Below the pieces are notes generated by a model. The model had not been told where the DNA came from, did not search any database, and was given only the letters and a program-made list of their open reading frames with translations. DNA of 64,000 nt from Bryobacterales bacterium (GTDB lineage Bacteria > Acidobacteriota > Terriglobia > Bryobacterales > UBA6623): NCBI GenBank assembly GCA_965238125.1, contig OZ250179.1:6279364-6343363 (forward strand). The letters run 5' to 3'. The stretch's first letter is position 1; the number at the start of each line of letters is the position of its first letter. The position numbers and the translations under genes were made by a program. This document shows, in pieces, positions 59,493 through 64,000 of this stretch.

Positions 59493-60161
59493 TTGATCGT
59501 AAGAAACTTGGCGAACCTCATCTCACTCCTGGGCGTGCTGCCTGTCTGTGTGCTCTTTCTCGACGACGGCTATCGATACATCGTGCCGCTCATCGTTTTC
59601 AACAACATCATGGATGACCTAGACGGCATCGTCGCGGTCAAGCTCAACATCAAGAGCGTATTTGGCGCGGCTCTGGACAACGTCTGTGATGCCGTGGCGC
59701 ACGCGACATTCGTGTTGATGGTCGGCATGCACTACGGCTGGATCTGCGGCGTCCCGGGCCTGGCCGCGGTGACGGCGATGCTGATCCGCGTCGTCTCACG
59801 AATCGTCCCCGGAGCAACCGTGGGAGTCGGCTCACCAACCAATGAGCTGATTCGCCACATGTTCTTCGTCTTGCTTCTGGCGAGAGTCTTCGATTTCGAT
59901 GTCGCGATCGTCCTCGCGGCCGTCTTCACACTGCATACCGTGTCCATGCTCCTGCCCTACCGCATGCCGGGGCTCATCAGGAGTGTCACGAAGTCGGCTT
60001 TCTCCATCGGCCTGGTCAATGTGGCTCTGGTTGCTGCGTGGCTGGCGCCTTACGCCGCCCCCGTCGTCGCGGCGGCGTTTGGCTCCACGTACTTGTACGG
60101 GTTCGTGTTTGGAGGCCTCAAATGGTTCAAGGCGACGCCAACATCCACGGAGCCGGCCTAG
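59493..60161 (+). CDS. CDP-alcohol phosphatidyltransferase family membrane protein
   Basis: LANLIS; DDLDGIVAVKLNIKSVFGAALDNVCD (DxxDGxxA..GxxxDxxxD); multiple TM helices. Confidence 0.88.
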   Translation: MIVRNLANLISLLGVLPVCVLFLDDGYRYIVPLIVFNNIMDDLDGIVAVKLNIKSVFGAALDNVCDAVAHATFVLMVGMHYGWICGVPGLAAVTAMLIRVVSRIVPGATVGVGSPTNELIRHMFFVLLLARVFDFDVAIVLAAVFTLHTVSMLLPYRMPGLIRSVTKSAFSIGLVNVALVAAWLAPYAAPVVAAAFGSTYLYGFVFGGLKWFKATPTSTEPA

Positions 60162-60380
60162 CGTGGCCTAGCGTGCTGAGCGCACGGGTATTCGCTCCGT
60201 GCTCTTGGTTCCTACTCCTGATTTGAGAAGGAACTCGTGGGCGTGTCTTCTACAGGTCATGTTGGGTAAGACGTACGGAAACACAAAGCGTTACTTTGTT
60301 TCAGAGAGAATACGCCCTCCCCGATCAAATCAGCCTCCCAAGCACCCTTCTTGCACCGGAAAGTAACTAGAGCGACATCG

Positions 60381-62260
60381 TCAGCGACCGCCCCCGGCTC
60401 TTAATCGCTGATAGGTCTGCCGCGCCTCGCGATCCGGATAGTCGATCCGGCTTAGGTAGAGTTCGAGCGTCCGCTCCGCGCGTTGACGCAGCCCCATCTT
60501 CGCAAACAGTAATCCCAAGGCCCGGGCACAGTTCGGCAACCTTGGGTAATGCTCGATATACGTCGCGCAGGCCTTCTCGAGATGATCGCCCAGACGTGAC
60601 TTGGGGATCTGGTGGCGAGAGATCAGCTCTTCGTTCTCGGGAATGTCGTGGGCGAACACCAGTGTTTGGCCGTCTTCAAACACCAGCCGCCAGGAAGCAT
60701 TCGAATCGCTGCCTAGAGTGAGAACCAGAGGATAGATGACCCCTCGGACGTATTCGAAAGCGTTCATGACGACGATCTCGGCGCCGTAGTCGGCCGGCAA
60801 ACGATCGAGTTCGGCGCGTTCCTCGGGGTTGCGGCCGCGGTTATAGAGAATCTTGCGGTAGTCGCGATAGACCGATTCGTTCAAGGCGCGGCCGTCGATG
60901 AAGGTCCTCTGTTCGGGCCATAGCGACCACAACAGATAGCCCCCGAATTCATATGAGTTGAACATCCGCTGCTCGACTTCGTTCTCTTGGAGAAAGCGCG
61001 CGGCGGTCACGGGGAACTTCCACTCCGCCGCGCGAAGTTGAAACACCCGCCCCGCGGTCGATTGTTGGATGAAGACCGCGACGACGACGACCATTCCGGC
61101 CACGGCGACATAGCGCGACGTCCGCGCGGGCAACCGCGGCGAGCCGATGCGAGCCAAGGTCGCCGTGACGAGGGGGCCGCCGTAGGCGGCAACCAGGACC
61201 GGACCAAGAAACGCGATCAGCGGGGTGTTGCGAAACGCGGTCAGCGAGGCCGCCGCGAAAGCCGTGAACAAGAGGGCGTCGGTGAGCCGCGCTACGCGCC
61301 AAGAAAGCAGCAACACCGCGGCTGCACCGTAGAGCAAGACATTGTAGGTGTAGGGCGGCCCCCACAAGAACGGGGGTCTCCACTCGATCAGAGTACTTGT
61401 GAGAAAACTTGCTCGATAGGCGGGGAGCACTTCGAGGATTCGGAACCCGTTGGGGTTGAGACCGGCGACGAGAAAGACGGCGGCGGCGACATAAAGCAAC
61501 GTCTTGCGGCGTTCGCTTGAAAGACCGCGGGAGCCAGCTACATAGGCCCCCACCGTCACCCACCCTAGAAAGAAACCACCATGGGAGTTGGCCCACAGCA
61601 GCTCGAGCGGCGCCAGCAGCCACACCAGCCGATCCGCTCGGCCGCCGCGGTGGCGCTCCAAGATCACCACGAAGATGGCCACGAAAAGGAACGACAGCAG
61701 TGCCGGGCGACCGGCCGAAAACATGGTCAAGACCGGCGCGGCCGCCAAAGCCGCCGCGATTCCGGCCAAGAAGCTTCCGGAGCGCCGGGCCGCCAAATAC
61801 CCGGCCGCCGCGCAGACCAGGCCCAGCAGGCAAGCCTTCCACAACACCAGAGCCGGGAACCCGCCGGCGAGATAGATCAGGTACCAAGCAACCTGGGCAA
61901 GCCATTCGTGGGTCAGGTTGAAGCGACGCACCTTCTCCTCGCCCGGATAAGAGGGGTCGCCCAACTCCGAGGTGTAAGAGAACGGGTCGGGAACCGGGAG
62001 ACGCCCTTGCTCGAGAATGTAGCGGCCCGTGGCCAGATGCCACCATGAGTCGGTGTCGGCGACCTCGGTCGCGAAGACTCCGAGCAACAACAGGGTGACC
62101 GCGGCGAGCAGCCCGAAGCGGATCGGGAGTGGGATGTCGGACAGCGGTGTAGGAGCGGCAACGGGCTCGGCGGCGGCAGGCTTGGTCGCCTCGGCCGATG
62201 GGGCTTCGGGGTTCGGACGGGCGCGAGTTTTCTTCCTGCGGGACAGAGTAACCAGGCTAA
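60381..62260 (-). CDS. Polytopic membrane protein, putative GT-C-fold glycosyltransferase with TPR-like tail (start uncertain)
   Basis: DTDSWWHLATGRYI..PDPFSYT, HEWL, LWANSHGGF, LIEWRPP, MFNSYEFGGYLLW, FIDGR. Confidence 0.75.
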
Positions 62261-62472
62261 CCGTTCCTCGGCGGGCGAGCAAGCCGGCAACCGAGACGAT
62301 CGGGCGCGAGCGGGGCTTACCTTCTCGGGCCTCTTGCCCGCTGATTACGTAGCGCGCGTGCAGCCTGTGCGCCGGGTGTGGCGATGAACGCCCGTCATCT
62401 CGCGTAGAATTATTAGCGCTGTCCCCGCTGCGCGCGGCCGCAGGGCGAGGTGCCGGAAAGGTCGGGTCATAC

Positions 62473-63579
62473 ATGAAAATTGACCGCATTACGCTACGTG
62501 AAATCCGCATGCCGCTGGTCCATTTCTTTGAGACCAGCTTTGGGAGAACGACCGAACGCCGCATCATCATCGTCGAAGTCGAGGGCGAGGGCGCCGTGGG
62601 GTGGGGCGAGGTGACCGCCGGCGAGCGTCCCTTTTATAACGAGGAATGGACCGATGCCGCTTGGCTGGTGTTGCGGGATTTCGTCGCGCCGCGAGTCATT
62701 GATAGGCCGCTCACGTCGGCCGCCGAAGCCGCCGCCCTCAGCAGCCACATTCGCGGCCACCAGATGGCGCGCGGTGGATTGGAGGCCGCGGTATGGGATC
62801 TCGAAGCCTGCTTGGCCGGCGTGCCCCTTTGGAAGCACATCGGCGGCAGCCGGACCGAGATCGCCTGCGGGGTTTCGATCGGTATTCAAGATTCGGTCGA
62901 ACAATTGCTCGGGTTGATCGGGCGCGAAACAGCCGCCGGGTATCAGCGCATCAAGATCAAGATCAAGCCGGGTTGGGACGTTGACGTCGTGGGGCGGGTT
63001 CGGGAGCGTTTCCCCGACATTCGGCTGATGGCCGACGCCAACTCCGCCTACACGCTCGACGACGTCGAGCACCTCAAGCAGCTCGACGCCTTCGACTTGA
63101 TGATGATCGAGCAACCTCTTGCTCACGACGAGATCATCGATCACGCCGCGCTCCAAGCCGCGCTCGCCACGCCGATCTGCCTCGACGAGTGCATTCGTAA
63201 TGCTCACCACGCTCGCCAGGCGATTACGCTGGACGCGGCCCGCATCATCAACATCAAGCTCGGCCGTGTGGGCGGCTTCAGCGAGGCCCTGCGCGTTCAC
63301 GAAGTTTGCCGCGAGCACGGCATCCCGGTCTGGTGCGGCGGGATGCTCGAAGGGGGCGTCGGCCGGGCCCACAACATTGCGCTTTCGACGCTCGAAGGCT
63401 TCAGCTTGCCCGGCGATGTTTCGGCGTCGAAACGTTATTGGAAACGCGACGTGATCGATCCCGCGGTCGAAGTGAGTGGGCGAGGAACGATCGAAGTGCC
63501 CGAGACGCCGGGGCTCGGCTATGACGTGGACCGGGATTACGTAGCGTCCCTGACGGTCCGCGAAGAAGTCGTGAAGTAG
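62473..63579 (+). CDS. menC: o-succinylbenzoate synthase / N-succinylamino-acid racemase (enolase superfamily)
   Basis: FETSFG, RIKIKIKPG, LMADANSAY, MIEQPL, ICLDE, INIKLGRVGG, WCGGMLE, PGDVSAS. Confidence 0.92.
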   Translation: MKIDRITLREIRMPLVHFFETSFGRTTERRIIIVEVEGEGAVGWGEVTAGERPFYNEEWTDAAWLVLRDFVAPRVIDRPLTSAAEAAALSSHIRGHQMARGGLEAAVWDLEACLAGVPLWKHIGGSRTEIACGVSIGIQDSVEQLLGLIGRETAAGYQRIKIKIKPGWDVDVVGRVRERFPDIRLMADANSAYTLDDVEHLKQLDAFDLMMIEQPLAHDEIIDHAALQAALATPICLDECIRNAHHARQAITLDAARIINIKLGRVGGFSEALRVHEVCREHGIPVWCGGMLEGGVGRAHNIALSTLEGFSLPGDVSASKRYWKRDVIDPAVEVSGRGTIEVPETPGLGYDVDRDYVASLTVREEVVK

Positions 63580-64000
63580 AGCGAAGCGCTTCAGGGCAAG
63601 GGTTTGTCGCTGCCGAATAGCCGGCGGGCGGGGTGGAAGAGACACACCGCGGGCGTTGGGTTCATGGGTGTTCGGCCGATGGTGGGGGTCGATGAATGGT
63701 CGGTGGCGCCGGGGTCGGGTGGTCGAGCCTCTTCGTCGGTTCGCCGCTTGGTCTTGCGGGGTCCCGGGTCCTGGTTTGTTGTCTCCTTGTTGATTTTGTG
63801 TGTCGGATCGCGGGTCAGGGTTGGGTGCTAAGCCGTTGTTTTTAACGAGGTTCGCTTGGAAATTGGGTTTGTTTGGTGGTTTTTGATTGGCGACGTCGCG
63901 GTGTTGCGATTTCGGGATCGTTCAGCCTTTCTTTGGCGGCGGCTGACGCGGTGACGTTGGGTTTGGCTTTGGGACGGGGTTGGTTCCGCCCCCTTTTCTA

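Noticed and set aside
63600-64000. Partial minus-strand CDS at the window end
   Set aside because: Low-complexity open frame containing QTNPI..KNNGL; too little sequence to call a gene.

Overview
GC-rich bacterial chromosomal window. The gene content (TIGR03437-type C-terminal domain, Oar-like TonB receptor, PadR plus 'permease-prefix' protein, PQQ quinoprotein) suggests Acidobacteriota, probably Bryobacterales-like; this is an inference. The left end holds a hopanoid cluster (hpnA, hpnH, shc, ispH, hpnI, two small DMT transporters; hpnJ at 16 kb) with queF, wecB and purH. The middle holds a di-haem peroxidase fusion, an S9 peptidase, a probably lanthanide-type PQQ dehydrogenase, an acyl-CoA dehydrogenase, a TonB receptor, an ECF sigma/anti-sigma/Crp set and a deoxyhypusine-synthase-like gene. 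At 43.4-47.6 kb an island with two IS1380-family elements is bounded by a 145-bp imperfect direct repeat. From 50.8 to 57.4 kb is an accessory zone with higBA and many frameshifted genes (PhyH dioxygenase, tyrosinase, AraC, two pentapeptide-repeat genes). The best candidate for a novel system is 57.75-60.16 kb: a LicC-like cytidylyltransferase, a methyltransferase resembling plant/nematode phosphoethanolamine N-methyltransferase, and a CDP-alcohol phosphotransferase. Intergenic DNA carries several families of nested REP/MITE-like palindromic repeats. No rRNA, tRNA or CRISPR array was found. Family calls come from motif recognition by eye; no searches were run.
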